Below are positions 1 through 9,239 of a stretch of DNA of 64,000 nucleotides, piece by piece; position 1 is the first letter of the stretch, and the number at the start of each line of letters is the position of its first letter. The DNA comes from Austwickia sp. (lineage in GTDB: Bacteria > Actinomycetota > Actinomycetes > Actinomycetales > Dermatophilaceae), in NCBI GenBank assembly GCA_016711265.1, contig JADJTI010000004.1:102165-166164 (forward strand). The letters are read 5' to 3'. The notes below the pieces were generated by a model. It saw only the letters and a program-made list of their open reading frames with translations, made no database searches and was not told where the DNA came from. The position numbers and the translations under genes were made by a program.

Positions 1-5
1 CGCGG

Positions 6-614
6 TCAGCCCTCGTCGCCACCCGCGGCGACGTCTTCTGTGGGAGTTGGTGCCGGTTCGTCGGAGCTCGGGGCAGCGTCGGCAGCCGGGGCCGGCGTAC
101 CTGCGCTGACCTGGGCACGCAGAGCGTCGATGGTGCGGGCCGCCTGCGACAGCGGAGCCGCCAACAGGTAGACGGTCTGCGACAGCGATGCCTTCATCGC
201 GCCCGCCAGCTTGGCCAGCAGCACCTCGCGCGATTCAAGATCGGCCAGCTTGGTGATGTCCTCGGCGGACAGCGGCCGGCCGTCGAGCACCCCGCTCTTG
301 ATGATGAGCAGCGGGTTGGCCTTGGCGAAGTCACGCAGGCTCTTGGCCGCCTCCACGGGATCGCCGGTGATGAAGGCGATCGCCGACGGACCGGTCAGCT
401 GGCCCTCGAACGCGGTGACGCCCGCTTCCTTGGCCGCACGCTCCGTGAGGGTGTTCTTGACGATCGCGTACGTGCCGTTGGCGCGCAGCGACGTCCGCAG
501 CTCCTTGAGCTGCTTGACGGTCAGGCCACGGTACTCGGTGAGCACCGCCGCGCCGGACTCCCGGAATCGGTCCGTGAGCTCGGCGATGGCAGCCTGCTTG
601 GCGGGCGTGGCCAT
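6..614 (-). CDS. rplJ: 50S ribosomal protein L10
   Basis: ORF 6..641 starts at TTG. The internal ATG at 614 gives [40 protein letters not shown]..., a typical L10 N-terminus, and the tail is Ala/Pro/Asp-rich. It lies downstream of rplK-rplA as in conserved rplKAJL clusters. rplL would lie just left of the window. Confidence 0.93.
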   Translation of the reverse strand: MATPAKQAAIAELTDRFRESGAAVLTEYRGLTVKQLKELRTSLRANGTYAIVKNTLTERAAKEAGVTAFEGQLTGPSAIAFITGDPVEAAKSLRDFAKANPLLIIKSGVLDGRPLSAEDITKLADLESREVLLAKLAGAMKASLSQTVYLLAAPLSQAARTIDALRAQVSAGTPAPAADAAPSSDEPAPTPTEDVAAGGDEG

Positions 615-890
615 GGGGCCTCCTGGGTTGGTCCTCGGCAACCGCCGGGCTCACCGGCCCACGAAAAAAGCTCCCGGCGCAGGGCCGAGAGCGGACAGCG
701 AGCGGCTGTGGCTTCGTCTCCCTGCGCGGGTCGCCTCACGAGGAGGGCCTTCGGTCGGACGGCGCCCGTCGTGCTGGGGCGCTGGCCGGCAACCGGCGGT
801 CATAGGTCTCCCTGAGTGTACGGCGACCGGTCCGGGGCACCAAATCGCCGACGTGACTCACGTTGAGTGTCCCCGGGGGGCGTGGGAGCA

Positions 891-952
891 GGGGCAGGTT
901 CACCCGACCTGGTGCGCCCTGCAGCATGCCCCAGGTCGGGTGAACCTGCCCC
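891..952 (-). terminator. Perfect 22-bp stem / 18-nt loop hairpin in the rplA-rplJ spacer (possible factor-independent terminator or processing/attenuation structure)
   Basis: ggggcaggttcacccgacctgg (891-912) is the exact reverse complement of 931-952. The hairpin lies about 110 nt downstream of the rplA stop (1064) and about 280 nt upstream of the rplJ ATG. No U-tract follows on the transcribed strand. Confidence 0.4.
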
Positions 953-1063
953 ACGTGGTGTCAAACAACGCGAAAAAGCCGACCATCCTTGACGAACTCC
1001 AAGTGATGGTCGGCTCTTGCGCGCGTGGCGTGAGGCGCACGCCGTACGGCGGGAGGTCGAGCC

Positions 1064-1774
1064 TCAGTCCTCGTCCTCGCTCATGAGGTTGCGCGTCCGA
1101 GTGTGGTCGACGGCGATGCCAGGTCCCATGGTCGTGGCCATCGTGGCCTTCTGCAGGTAGCGGCCCTTGGAGGCGGACGGCTTGAGCCGGGTGATCTCCT
1201 CCATGGCGGCGGCGTAGTTCTCCACCAGGGCCTCATCGGAGAACGAGGTCTTGCCGATGATGAAGTGCAGGTTGGCGTGCTTGTCGACGCGGAACTCGAT
1301 CTTGCCGCCCTTGATTTCGGTGACCGCCTTGGCCACGTCCATCGTGACGGTTCCCGTCTTCGGGTTGGGCATGAGGCCGCGCGGGCCCAGAACCTTCCCG
1401 AGGCGACCGACCTTGCCCATCATGTCGGGGGTCGCCACGACGGCATCGAAGTCGAGCCACCCCTTGGTGATCTTCTCGATCATGTCGTCGGCGCCCACGT
1501 GGTCGGCACCCGCCGCGGTGGCCGCCTCGGCGTTCGCTCCGGTGGCGAAGACCAGCACCCGGGCCGTCTTGCCCGTGCCGTGCGGCAGGTTCACCGTGCC
1601 GCGGACCATCTGGTCGGCCTTGCGCGGATCCACCCCGAGGCGCAACGCGACCTCGACGGTGGCGTCGTACTTGGTGGTGCTCGTCTCCTTCGCCAGCCGC
1701 ACCGCCTTCAGGGGCGAATGCGTCTGATCGCCGATCTTCTCCTCGGCGGCCCGATAGCTCTTACTGCGCTTCAC
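1064..1774 (-). CDS. rplA: 50S ribosomal protein L1
   Basis: 236-aa ORF with a GTG start. [69 protein letters not shown]... is L1-like along its whole length. It sits next to rplK. Confidence 0.95.
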   Translation of the reverse strand: MKRSKSYRAAEEKIGDQTHSPLKAVRLAKETSTTKYDATVEVALRLGVDPRKADQMVRGTVNLPHGTGKTARVLVFATGANAEAATAAGADHVGADDMIEKITKGWLDFDAVVATPDMMGKVGRLGKVLGPRGLMPNPKTGTVTMDVAKAVTEIKGGKIEFRVDKHANLHFIIGKTSFSDEALVENYAAAMEEITRLKPSASKGRYLQKATMATTMGPGIAVDHTRTRNLMSEDED

Positions 1775-1885
1775 TACTGCTCCCTGGTGATGATGGCCGG
1801 ATGTGGCCGGGTGGAGTCGTGGTCAACGGGCCGCGCGGGCCCTGCCACTGGGTTGAGCCTCGCCATGTCCCACAGCCCATAGGCG

Positions 1886-2317
1886 TCAGGAAACGGTGAC
1901 GCCCATCGAACGAGCGGTGCCGGCGATGATCCGCATCGCTTCCTCGACATCGTTCGCGTTGAGGTCGACCATCTTCGTCGTGGCGATCTCGCGGAGCTGG
2001 TCCTGGGTGAGGTTGGCGACCTTCGTCTTGTGCGGCTCGGGGGACCCCTTGGGGATTCCGGCCGCCTTCTTGATCATCTCCGCGGCCGGCGGCGTCTTGG
2101 TCACGAAGGTGAACGAGCGGTCCTCGTACACGGTGATCTCGACGGGGATGACGTTGCCGCGCTGAGACTCCGTCGCCGCGTTGTACGCCTTGACGAACTC
2201 CATGATGTTGACGCCGTGCTGACCTAGGGCGGGCCCGACGGGCGGGGCGGGCGTCGCCGCACCCGCCTGGATCTGGAGCTTGACGTATCCGGCGATCTTC
2301 TTCTTCTTGGGGGGCAT
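1886..2317 (-). CDS. rplK: 50S ribosomal protein L11
   Basis: 143 aa. [49 protein letters not shown]... is a canonical L11 sequence, in the conserved position after nusG. Confidence 0.95.
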   Translation of the reverse strand: MPPKKKKIAGYVKLQIQAGAATPAPPVGPALGQHGVNIMEFVKAYNAATESQRGNVIPVEITVYEDRSFTFVTKTPPAAEMIKKAAGIPKGSPEPHKTKVANLTQDQLREIATTKMVDLNANDVEEAMRIIAGTARSMGVTVS

Positions 2318-2431
2318 CGCTATGTGTTCCTTTGGGTTGTGGGCCTACGCCGTGGGCGATGACCCGGTTGCATGTGACGGTGGTGACGGTATGGCGTCGC
2401 GTCCGTCCTGGATGGTTCTACGGGACTGCTC

Positions 2432-3358
2432 CTACAGCTTGGCCACCTGGTTGAAGGAGAGCTCCACGGGCGTCTCCCGGCCGAAGATGGACACCAAGAC
2501 CTTGAGTTTCTGGGTCTCCGGCAGGATTTCGGAAATGGTCGCCGGCAACGTCTCGAAGGGGCCTTCCATCACGGTGACCGACTCCCCGATCTCGAAGTCC
2601 ACTACTGCGGCCGCGGCCTTGGTCTGCTGCGACGGCCGGGCGGCCACGTCGCCGCTGGTCGACTCGACCGTCGGCGCCAGCATGGAGAACACCTCGTCCA
2701 GGCTCAGCGGCACCGGCTGGTGGGCGTTGCCGACGAAACCCGTCACGCCGGGGGTGTGCCGTACGGCGCCCCAGCTTTCGTCCGTCAAGTCCATCCGCAC
2801 CAACACGTACCCGGGCATCCGCACCCGACGTACCTGCTTCTTCTGACCGTTCTTGATCTCGGTGACCATCTCCATCGGCACCTCGACCTGGAAAATGTAG
2901 GGCTCCATGTTGAGGCTGGTGACGCGCTGCTCGAGGTTGGTCTTCACCCGGTTCTCGTAGCCGGCGTAGCTGTGGATCACGAACCAGTCGCCTTCGGCGA
3001 AGCGGAGCTTCTTGCGCAGTTCCTCGGTGGGGTCCACGGGGGTGTCGTCATCGACCGGTGGCAGGTCGTCCGCGTCCTGCGCGTCCGGCGCCTCCTCGGT
3101 CTCAGCCGAATCGTCGGCGGCTCCGAACGCGTCCTGGCCGTCGGTCGCCTCCTCGACGGCCACGACACCGTCGTCGGACTCCTCGGACTCCTCGGACTCC
3201 TCGGGATCCTCGGCGTCCACCGGCGGCGTGTCCTGCCCACCCTCGGGGGCGGTCAGGTCGGCCTCCAGGTCATCGCCGGACGGCTGCGCCGGAATCTGCT
3301 CGGGGTCGACGGCGCTCTCGGATGCCTCCGAGTGCTCGTCCGTCCATTGGTCAGACAC
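2432..3358 (-). CDS. nusG: Transcription termination/antitermination factor NusG with a long acidic N-terminal extension
   Basis: 308 aa with a GTG start. The C-terminal ~180 aa carry NGN-like ([22 protein letters not shown]) and KOW-like ([24 protein letters not shown]) regions. They are preceded by about 125 aa rich in Asp/Glu/Pro. The gene lies between secE and rplK. Confidence 0.9.
   Translation of the reverse strand: MSDQWTDEHSEASESAVDPEQIPAQPSGDDLEADLTAPEGGQDTPPVDAEDPEESEESEESDDGVVAVEEATDGQDAFGAADDSAETEEAPDAQDADDLPPVDDDTPVDPTEELRKKLRFAEGDWFVIHSYAGYENRVKTNLEQRVTSLNMEPYIFQVEVPMEMVTEIKNGQKKQVRRVRMPGYVLVRMDLTDESWGAVRHTPGVTGFVGNAHQPVPLSLDEVFSMLAPTVESTSGDVAARPSQQTKAAAAVVDFEIGESVTVMEGPFETLPATISEILPETQKLKVLVSIFGRETPVELSFNQVAKL
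3176..3211. repeat. 9-nt tandem repeat (3 exact units plus 1 imperfect) inside the nusG acidic extension
   Basis: The + strand reads ggactcctc three times, then gggatcctc. On the coding strand this encodes EES EES EES preceded by EDP. Confidence 0.7.
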
Positions 3359-3436
3359 GACTGCGACCTACCTTCTTCCAACGCATCCTGCGTTCGGTTG
3401 TGCTGCCCGGGGCCGGCCCATCTGCCGAGCCGACGG

Positions 3437-3739
3437 CTACGACCCGGCGAACACCCAGAACACCAAGCGAGTGATCAGGCTATCCAATCCGAAGACCAGC
3501 AACATGATGACTGTCACGAAGGTGATGACCACCAGCGTGTAGGTCACCAACTCCTCTCGGGTGGGCCGGACGACCTTGCGCATCTCGTCCAGGATCTGCG
3601 CAATGAACAACCCCACGGCCGAGAAGAACCGGGTGACGACGTTGCCGCCGGCGCGGTCGCCGCGGTGCGGGGCGCCGCGGCCCCGCTTGGCGGTGCTCTG
3701 CTCGCTCACGGCTGCTCTCCTCATACCGATCGGCGCCAC
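3437..3739 (-). CDS. secE: Preprotein translocase subunit SecE
   Basis: 100-aa ORF. It has a basic N-terminal part followed by a single C-terminal TM segment (VVRPTREELVTYTLVVITFVTVIMLLVFGLDSLI). It holds the conserved position between tRNA-Trp and nusG. The start is uncertain (GTG at 3739, ATG at 3724, or later). Confidence 0.8.
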   Translation of the reverse strand: MAPIGMRRAAVSEQSTAKRGRGAPHRGDRAGGNVVTRFFSAVGLFIAQILDEMRKVVRPTREELVTYTLVVITFVTVIMLLVFGLDSLITRLVFWVFAGS

Positions 3740-3797
3740 AGCGCATTCCGCTGTGGCGCCGAAATGTCTTGGGCTCGTTCATCTTCGATCTGATGCG

Positions 3798-3870
3798 CAG
3801 GGCAGGAGGGACTCGAACCCCCAACCGCCGGTTTTGGAGACCGGTGCTCTGCCAATTGAGCCACTGCCCT
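3798..3870 (-). tRNA. trpT: tRNA-Trp (anticodon CCA)
   Basis: 73 nt on the minus strand. The acceptor stem is AGGGCAG/CTGCCCT, the anticodon loop is CTCCAAA and the T-loop is TTCGAGT. CCA is not encoded. It lies immediately upstream of secE, as is common in actinobacteria. Confidence 0.9.
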
Positions 3871-4037
3871 GTGGGTGCCGGCCGCGCGAGGCCTGCCCGA
3901 CCGACCAATGCGGTGCGAGCACGGACCATTCACCACGACGTGGCATCCGACATCCGAGCATACGGGACGCCCGACCGCTAAGGCCAACCGACCCGGCGGA
4001 CCACGGGCGCAGCGCCTACGCGACGTAACCTTGCGCC

Positions 4038-5120
4038 ATGGGTAACGGGGGGCGGGACCTGGGGCGGCTGCCCAAGGCGCACCTGCACCTGCACTTCACC
4101 GGGTCGATGCGGCTCCCGACGCTCAAGGACATGGCCGCCGGGCACGGTCTATCGCTGCCGCACGCGCTTCTGGACCGGTGGCCGCCGCGACTGTCGGTGT
4201 CCGACGAACGCGGGTGGTTCCGCTTCCAGCGGCTGTACGACGCGGCGCGCGCCTGCGTGCGCGGCGAGGCCGACATGCGCCGCATCGTCCGAGAAGCCGC
4301 CCGCGACGACGCCGCGGAGGGGTCGGTGTGGCTGGAGCTGCAGGTGGACCCGACCAGCTACGCACCGTACGTCGGCGGCCTCACCCCCGCCCTGGAGATC
4401 GTGCTGGACGAGGCGCGCGCCGCCTCCCAGGAGGAGGGCCTCGGGGTCGCCATCGTCGTGGCGGCGAGCCGCATCCGGCACCCGTTGGATGCCCGTACCC
4501 TGGCGCGGCTGGCTGCGCGGTACGCCGGGGACGGGCCCGGCACGGTGGTGGGCTTCGGCCTGAGCAATGACGAACGCCGGGGCGACACCGTGGACTTCGC
4601 GGGGGCCTTCCGGATCGCCGCGCGGGCCGGGTTGGCGTTGGTCCCCCACGGCGGGGAGCTGTTGGGTGCGGACGCCGTGTGGACGACGCTGCGGACGCTG
4701 GCTCCCGACCGCCTGGGCCACGGGGTGCGCAGCGTCGAGCACCCCGCTGTGCTGGCCGAGGTATCCCGCAGGCGCATCACCCTGGAGGTGTGCCCCGGCA
4801 GCAACGTCGCGCTGGGGGTCTACCCACGACACCGGGATGTGCCGCTGCGCGCCCTGGTCAGGGCCGGCGTACCGGTCGCGCTCGGCGCCGACGACCCGCT
4901 GCTGTTCGGGTCCCGGCTGGTGGATCAGTACGAGTTGGCGCGCAGCGCGTTGGGCTTCGATGACACGGAGTTGGCCGCGCTGGCCGCAGATTCCATCCGG
5001 GGCAGCCGCGCCGATCACTGCCGACAGGACGCGGCGCTGGCCGGGATCGATGCCTGGCTGCAGACCCCTCCCAGCTCGCCCGCTGTGTCACCAGACCCGC
5101 CCAGCCGGCCCGCTGCGTGA
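4038..5120 (+). CDS. add: Adenosine deaminase family protein
   Basis: 360 aa. The N-terminal metal-binding signature LPKAHLHLHFTGSM, plus later ...PHGGE... and ...GADDP... segments, are typical of the adenosine/AMP deaminase fold. Confidence 0.75.
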   Translation: MGNGGRDLGRLPKAHLHLHFTGSMRLPTLKDMAAGHGLSLPHALLDRWPPRLSVSDERGWFRFQRLYDAARACVRGEADMRRIVREAARDDAAEGSVWLELQVDPTSYAPYVGGLTPALEIVLDEARAASQEEGLGVAIVVAASRIRHPLDARTLARLAARYAGDGPGTVVGFGLSNDERRGDTVDFAGAFRIAARAGLALVPHGGELLGADAVWTTLRTLAPDRLGHGVRSVEHPAVLAEVSRRRITLEVCPGSNVALGVYPRHRDVPLRALVRAGVPVALGADDPLLFGSRLVDQYELARSALGFDDTELAALAADSIRGSRADHCRQDAALAGIDAWLQTPPSSPAVSPDPPSRPAA

Positions 5121-5132
5121 CCGGACCTGCGG

Positions 5133-6272
5133 CTAGGGTTCGGGCAGCGCACACCCCACCAGAACGGGCTCGTTGACGAGCCGGACACCGAAGGCGTCCA
5201 GCACGCCGTCGCGCACCTGCGCGGCCAGGGCCAGCACGTCCTTGCAGGTTGCGCCACCCCGGTTGGTGACCGCCAGGGTGTGTTTGGTCGACAACGCGAC
5301 CGGCCCGGGCAGACCGTAGCCCTTGGCGAACCCCGCCCGCTCAATCAGCCACGCCGCGCTGGTCTTGGCCAGGCCCCCCTCTGCGGCGAACCGGGGTGGC
5401 GCGGCGTCGGGCCCGCATCGCCGCCGGACCCGGGCGGCCATGGCCGTGAACTCTTGCTCCCCGAGGGTGGGGTTCGTGAAGAACGAACCGCAGCTCCAGG
5501 TGTCGTGATCGGCATCGTCGAGCACCATGCCCCGCGCTCGCCGCTGGGCCAGCACCCCCTCGCGGGCCAGCGCGAGCGGAACCCGGTCCCCCAGCGCAGC
5601 ACCCACCTGACGGGCCAGGTCGGCGTACCCGATGGGCGCGGACTCGACGCCGACGGCGAGCTGGAAGACCACCTCCAGGACCACATGCCGTGGCCCACGC
5701 GGCCCCGGCTCTCCGGAGCGGCCCGGCAGCTGCTCCTGCTTGAACCGGGACGTCCGATACCCGAAGCGGCACGCGGAGGCCTGGAACACCTGGGGGCGCC
5801 GCAGCAACCGGTCCCAGGTGTGCACCTGCGTGATGGTCTGGGAGACGTCCTGGCCGTAGGCACCCACGTTCTGCATGGGCGTCGCCCCTGTGGCCCCCGG
5901 GATACCCGAGAGCGCCTCGATTCCCGACCACCCGGACGCCACCGCCTCGGCGACCAGGTCATCCCACCGGTGACCGGCGGCCACCCGGAGCTGGATGTAC
6001 TCCCCCGCGGCGCTGACCTGGATCCCCCGCGAGGCGATCCGCACCACCGTGCCTTCGAACCCGGCGTCGGCCACCACGAGGTTGCTGCCGCCGGACAGCA
6101 GCAGCACCGGTTCACCGGCCTCGTCGGCGGCCTGCACTGCCGAGATGATCTCCTCGCGGCTCGTCGTGGTCACCAGACGCGCCGCCGGCCCACCGACCCG
6201 CATCGTGGTGAGCCCAGCCAGCGGGGTCGATGCGGCGGTTACGGGGGCGTGCCCGCCCATGGGACCCTCCAC
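5133..6272 (-). CDS. murB: UDP-N-acetylenolpyruvoylglucosamine reductase
   Basis: 379 aa. It has an FAD-binding N-terminal region (LAGLTTMRVGGPAARLV...VLLLSGGSNLVVADAGFEGTVVRI) and a MurB C-terminal region (...CGSFFTNP...AAWLIERAGF.KG...). Confidence 0.9.
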   Translation of the reverse strand: MEGPMGGHAPVTAASTPLAGLTTMRVGGPAARLVTTTSREEIISAVQAADEAGEPVLLLSGGSNLVVADAGFEGTVVRIASRGIQVSAAGEYIQLRVAAGHRWDDLVAEAVASGWSGIEALSGIPGATGATPMQNVGAYGQDVSQTITQVHTWDRLLRRPQVFQASACRFGYRTSRFKQEQLPGRSGEPGPRGPRHVVLEVVFQLAVGVESAPIGYADLARQVGAALGDRVPLALAREGVLAQRRARGMVLDDADHDTWSCGSFFTNPTLGEQEFTAMAARVRRRCGPDAAPPRFAAEGGLAKTSAAWLIERAGFAKGYGLPGPVALSTKHTLAVTNRGGATCKDVLALAAQVRDGVLDAFGVRLVNEPVLVGCALPEP

Positions 6273-6286
6273 CGGCGCTCAGTCGC

Positions 6287-6712
6287 TCAGTCCAGCCGGA
6301 CGATCACCAGCGGCCGACCCAAGACCTTGGAGCCCCCGCTGGTCACCGTCAGGTCGATGGTCACCTGCCGGGTCTCCCGGTCGACCTTGGCCACCGTGCC
6401 GTCCACCTCGATCACCGCGGGCTGCGCACGCGGCACCGGTACCGGCGCGGTGAACTTCGTCTGGTACAGGACCACCCGGCCGCCGTGACCGGCCCAGCGA
6501 CTGACGGCCTCGACGGCCGCCCCCATGGTGAGCATGCCGTGGGCGATGACGTCAGGAAGCCCGACCTCGCGGGCGGTGTGCTCGTCGTAGTGGATGGGGT
6601 TCAGGTCGCCCGAGGCGGCGGCATACCGCACCAGCCGGGCGCGGTCCAGAACCACACTCAGGTGCGGGAGTTGCTGGCCCACCCGCACGTCGTTGAACGC
6701 CGGCGCGCTCAT
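6287..6712 (-). CDS. MaoC-like (R)-specific hydratase/dehydratase, HadB-like subunit
   Basis: 141 aa. The hot-dog fold hydratase motif is present (YAAASGDLNPIHYDEHTAREVGLPDVIAHGMLTM). It overlaps the upstream partner by 4 nt. The locus order rpmG-hadA-hadB-like is as in mycobacteria. Confidence 0.75.
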   Translation of the reverse strand: MSAPAFNDVRVGQQLPHLSVVLDRARLVRYAAASGDLNPIHYDEHTAREVGLPDVIAHGMLTMGAAVEAVSRWAGHGGRVVLYQTKFTAPVPVPRAQPAVIEVDGTVAKVDRETRQVTIDLTVTSGGSKVLGRPLVIVRLD

Positions 6713-7230
6713 GCGCCCTCCTCGTTGGCAGACTCGTCGTCGTCGCCGCGGACGACCAGGCTCGAGACCACCGTGGCCACCGGAGTCCGATCCGCCAGGG
6801 CCAGCTCGGTGCGGGTGGTGACCATGGCGTGCCCGCCCATCTGACGGACCCGGTCGACGTACACCGTGCCGATCACCTCGTCACCGGCCACGATAGGACG
6901 GTGGTGGATGAACTTCTCCTCCGCGTGCACCACCCGGGAGAAGTCGATGCCGGAGGCGGGATCGCTCACGTAGGTCGCTTCGCACCGTTGGGCGATGACC
7001 ACCGCGTACGTCGGGGGGGCAACCAGGTCGGCGTACCCGGCCGCCCGCGCGGCGTCCACATCGCGGTGCTCCGGCGATTCCGCTCCGACCGCAGCGGCGA
7101 AGGCACGCAGACTTTCCCGGCCGACCTGGAACGGCTCACCGGGAGGGAACACCCGACCCTGGAAGGACGTATCGACCCGGCGCGGGGGGTTGGTCGCGGG
7201 TTCAGCGGCTGGCGCGGACATGGTCGTCAC
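6709..7230 (-). CDS. MaoC N-terminal-type hot-dog protein, HadA-like subunit
   Basis: 173 aa. The segment ...FQVGRESLRAFAAAVGAESPEHRDVDAARAAGYADLVAPPTYAVV... is typical of the non-catalytic partner of heterodimeric dehydratases. It is translationally coupled to the HadB-like gene. Confidence 0.7.
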   Translation of the reverse strand: MTTMSAPAAEPATNPPRRVDTSFQGRVFPPGEPFQVGRESLRAFAAAVGAESPEHRDVDAARAAGYADLVAPPTYAVVIAQRCEATYVSDPASGIDFSRVVHAEEKFIHHRPIVAGDEVIGTVYVDRVRQMGGHAMVTTRTELALADRTPVATVVSSLVVRGDDDESANEEGA

Positions 7231-7337
7231 CTTAGTGCCTCCGAGCAGCAGGAAACCGCCATCGGCGGGGTCGCCGATGGCGGTCTGAGACGCGAGCTAG
7301 GGAGCCGCGTGGGGCCGCAGCGGCCCGTCCTGCGCGA

Positions 7338-7508
7338 CTACCGGGTTTCGCGGTGGGAGGTGTGCTTGCCGCACTTGCGGCAGAACTTGCTCAACTCCAT
7401 CCGGTCCGGGTCGTTGCGCCGGTTCTTCTTCGTGATGTAGTTGCGGTCCTTACATTCGACGCACGCCATGGTGATCTTGGGGCGCACGTCCTGCTGCTTG
7501 CTGGCCAC
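7338..7508 (-). CDS. rpmG: 50S ribosomal protein L33 (Cys4 zinc-ribbon form)
   Basis: The ORF track shows 7338..7562. The GTG at 7508 gives the 56-aa product [56 protein letters not shown], with CxxC...CxxC. Confidence 0.9.
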   Translation of the reverse strand: MASKQQDVRPKITMACVECKDRNYITKKNRRNDPDRMELSKFCRKCGKHTSHRETR

Positions 7509-7602
7509 GGGGTCGACCTGTCCTTCCGGTGCACGGAGACGAGCTGTCAGGCATCGACTCACAAGGATACGCGAGGACCCCGGGGGACCCAGATCGCGCC
7601 GG

Positions 7603-7676
7603 TAGCGAGGGCGGGACTTGAACCCGCGACACCACGATTATGAGTCGTGTGCTCTGACCACCTGAGCTACCCCGCC
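7603..7676 (-). tRNA. metT: tRNA-Met (anticodon CAT), elongator-type
   Basis: 74 nt. The acceptor stem GGCGGGG/CCTCGCT has two G-U pairs. The anticodon stem-loop is CACGA-CTCATAA-TCGTG and the T-arm is GCGGG-TTCAAGT-CCCGC. The anticodon stem lacks the initiator 3xGC signature. Confidence 0.8.
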
Positions 7677-7753
7677 AAGGGCCGGTCCCCGGCCTCCACA
7701 CCACAACCCCGCTGATCAACTGGGGGAATGGTGGTGAGACGCAACCGGACCAG

Positions 7754-7826
7754 AGCCCCGATAGGGAATCGAACCCTAGACCTTCTCCTTACCATGGAGA
7801 CGCTCTGCCGACTGAGCTATCGGGGC
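7754..7826 (-). tRNA. thrT: tRNA-Thr (anticodon GGT)
   Basis: 73 nt. The acceptor stem GCCCCGA/TCGGGGC pairs perfectly. The anticodon stem-loop is TCTCC-ATGGTAA-GGAGA and the T-arm is TAGGG-TTCGATT-CCCTA. Confidence 0.9.
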
Positions 7827-7927
7827 ACCACCAACGGACGAAGCCGCGGCGTGCTGTGAAAACATACACGCTGGTGCCGCCGTGAGGGAAATCGTCGGGG
7901 GCGTCGCCGGTGTGTCTCGGGGAGCCC

Positions 7928-8560
7928 TCAATCGTCGAGTCCGCGGGCCATCAGCGCCTCACCGACGCCCTGGGCATACCGGATGGTGCGGTTCATGGTG
8001 GGCGTCAGGAGCGCACGCAGGCTGCGATCCAAGCCCCGAGCCGCCCGGGCCTCCTGGCTCTGCTGCAACACGGTGGCGATCACCGGGATGGACCGGATCG
8101 CCAAGGCCAGCAGCAGGGCCACCCGGTCAGGATCGACGCCCAGCGGCCGCAGGACTTGCAAGCCGGCGACCATGGAGTCCAGCATGTCGTTGATCCGGGT
8201 GGTCACCGTCAGCAGGCTGGCCACCGCGACCGCCAGGACCAGCGAGCCGATCGTCAACCCCGCCTGGTACCACCCGGCAGACCACACCTGCAGCGGCGTC
8301 AGCAGCACCACGATCCAGCGCAACGGCCACACCTGCCCGGCCAGCACCCGCGGGCCGAACCCCGCCACGGCGTACCCGGTCACCGCCAGCACGCTCAGGG
8401 CCAGGTAAACCACCGGCTCCCGCACCAGCAGCAGCACCGAGGTGTACGCCGCGAGGATCACGAACTTGAGCCACACCGGCGCGTGGTGCACCACGGATGT
8501 TCCGGGCAGGTAGCTGCCCGTCAGCATCGCCAGGCCCCCCCGCGACTCCTCATGTATCAA
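7928..8560 (-). CDS. bioN: ECF transporter transmembrane (T) component, BioN/CbiQ family
   Basis: 210-aa polytopic membrane protein (...VWLKFVILAAYTSVLLLV...PLRWIVVLLTPLQVW...) with a C-terminal ...ARGLD region typical of EcfT/CbiQ. It follows the ATPase gene. The start is either 8560 (11-nt overlap) or the ATG at 8527. Confidence 0.75.
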   Translation of the reverse strand: MIHEESRGGLAMLTGSYLPGTSVVHHAPVWLKFVILAAYTSVLLLVREPVVYLALSVLAVTGYAVAGFGPRVLAGQVWPLRWIVVLLTPLQVWSAGWYQAGLTIGSLVLAVAVASLLTVTTRINDMLDSMVAGLQVLRPLGVDPDRVALLLALAIRSIPVIATVLQQSQEARAARGLDRSLRALLTPTMNRTIRYAQGVGEALMARGLDD

Positions 8561-9239
8561 TCCCCTGTGACATCAGCTCGATGTACGCCGGCACCGTCAG
8601 CCGGCCCGGGCCATCGGCCACGATTCGGCCGCCATCGACCACCAGCACCCGGTCCCAGTCCGCCACCAGCGCGAGCTGATGGGTCACCAGCACCACTTGC
8701 TGGTCAAGTCCGGCTATCAGCCGGTGAACCCGCTCGGCGTTGCGCAGATCCAGCAACGTGGTCGGCTCGTCACAGACCAGGATCTGCGGTTCGGTCACCA
8801 GCACCGCCGCCAACGCCAACAGCTGTTTCTGACCGCTGGACAGCAGGTGGGCCGGGTGCTCGGCGTGTTCGGCCAGGCCGAACCGGGCCAGCGCCGCCGC
8901 CACCCGCGCGGCGACGTCCGCACGCGGCAGTCGGTGCCGACGCAGCGAGAACGCCACGTCCTCGGCGACCGTAGGCATCACGATCTGGGTGTCCGGGTCG
9001 GCGAAGATGAACCCCACCTGGCGGCGCACCTCGCGCCCCTGGCGGGCGGTGTCCAGGCCGTTCACCCCGACGCAACCGTGCTCGGGGACGACCAGGCCGT
9101 TGATCGTCCGAGCCAGCGTCGACTTGCCCGACCCGTTGGCGCCGATGACCCCGATGCGGGGTTCACTCAACTCCAGATCGATGTCCGCCAACACGGCGCG
9201 GTCCCCGTAGGAATGGGAGACCCCGGTGAACCGGATCAC
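8550..9239 (-). CDS. bioM: ECF transporter ATPase (A) component, BioM/CbiO family
   Basis: 229 aa. It has Walker A (GANGSGKST), the ABC signature (LSSGQKQLLALA) and Walker B (ILVCDEPT). It lies in an operon with bioY and a CbiQ-type T component. Confidence 0.85.
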   Translation of the reverse strand: MIRFTGVSHSYGDRAVLADIDLELSEPRIGVIGANGSGKSTLARTINGLVVPEHGCVGVNGLDTARQGREVRRQVGFIFADPDTQIVMPTVAEDVAFSLRRHRLPRADVAARVAAALARFGLAEHAEHPAHLLSSGQKQLLALAAVLVTEPQILVCDEPTTLLDLRNAERVHRLIAGLDQQVVLVTHQLALVADWDRVLVVDGGRIVADGPGRLTVPAYIELMSQGIDT

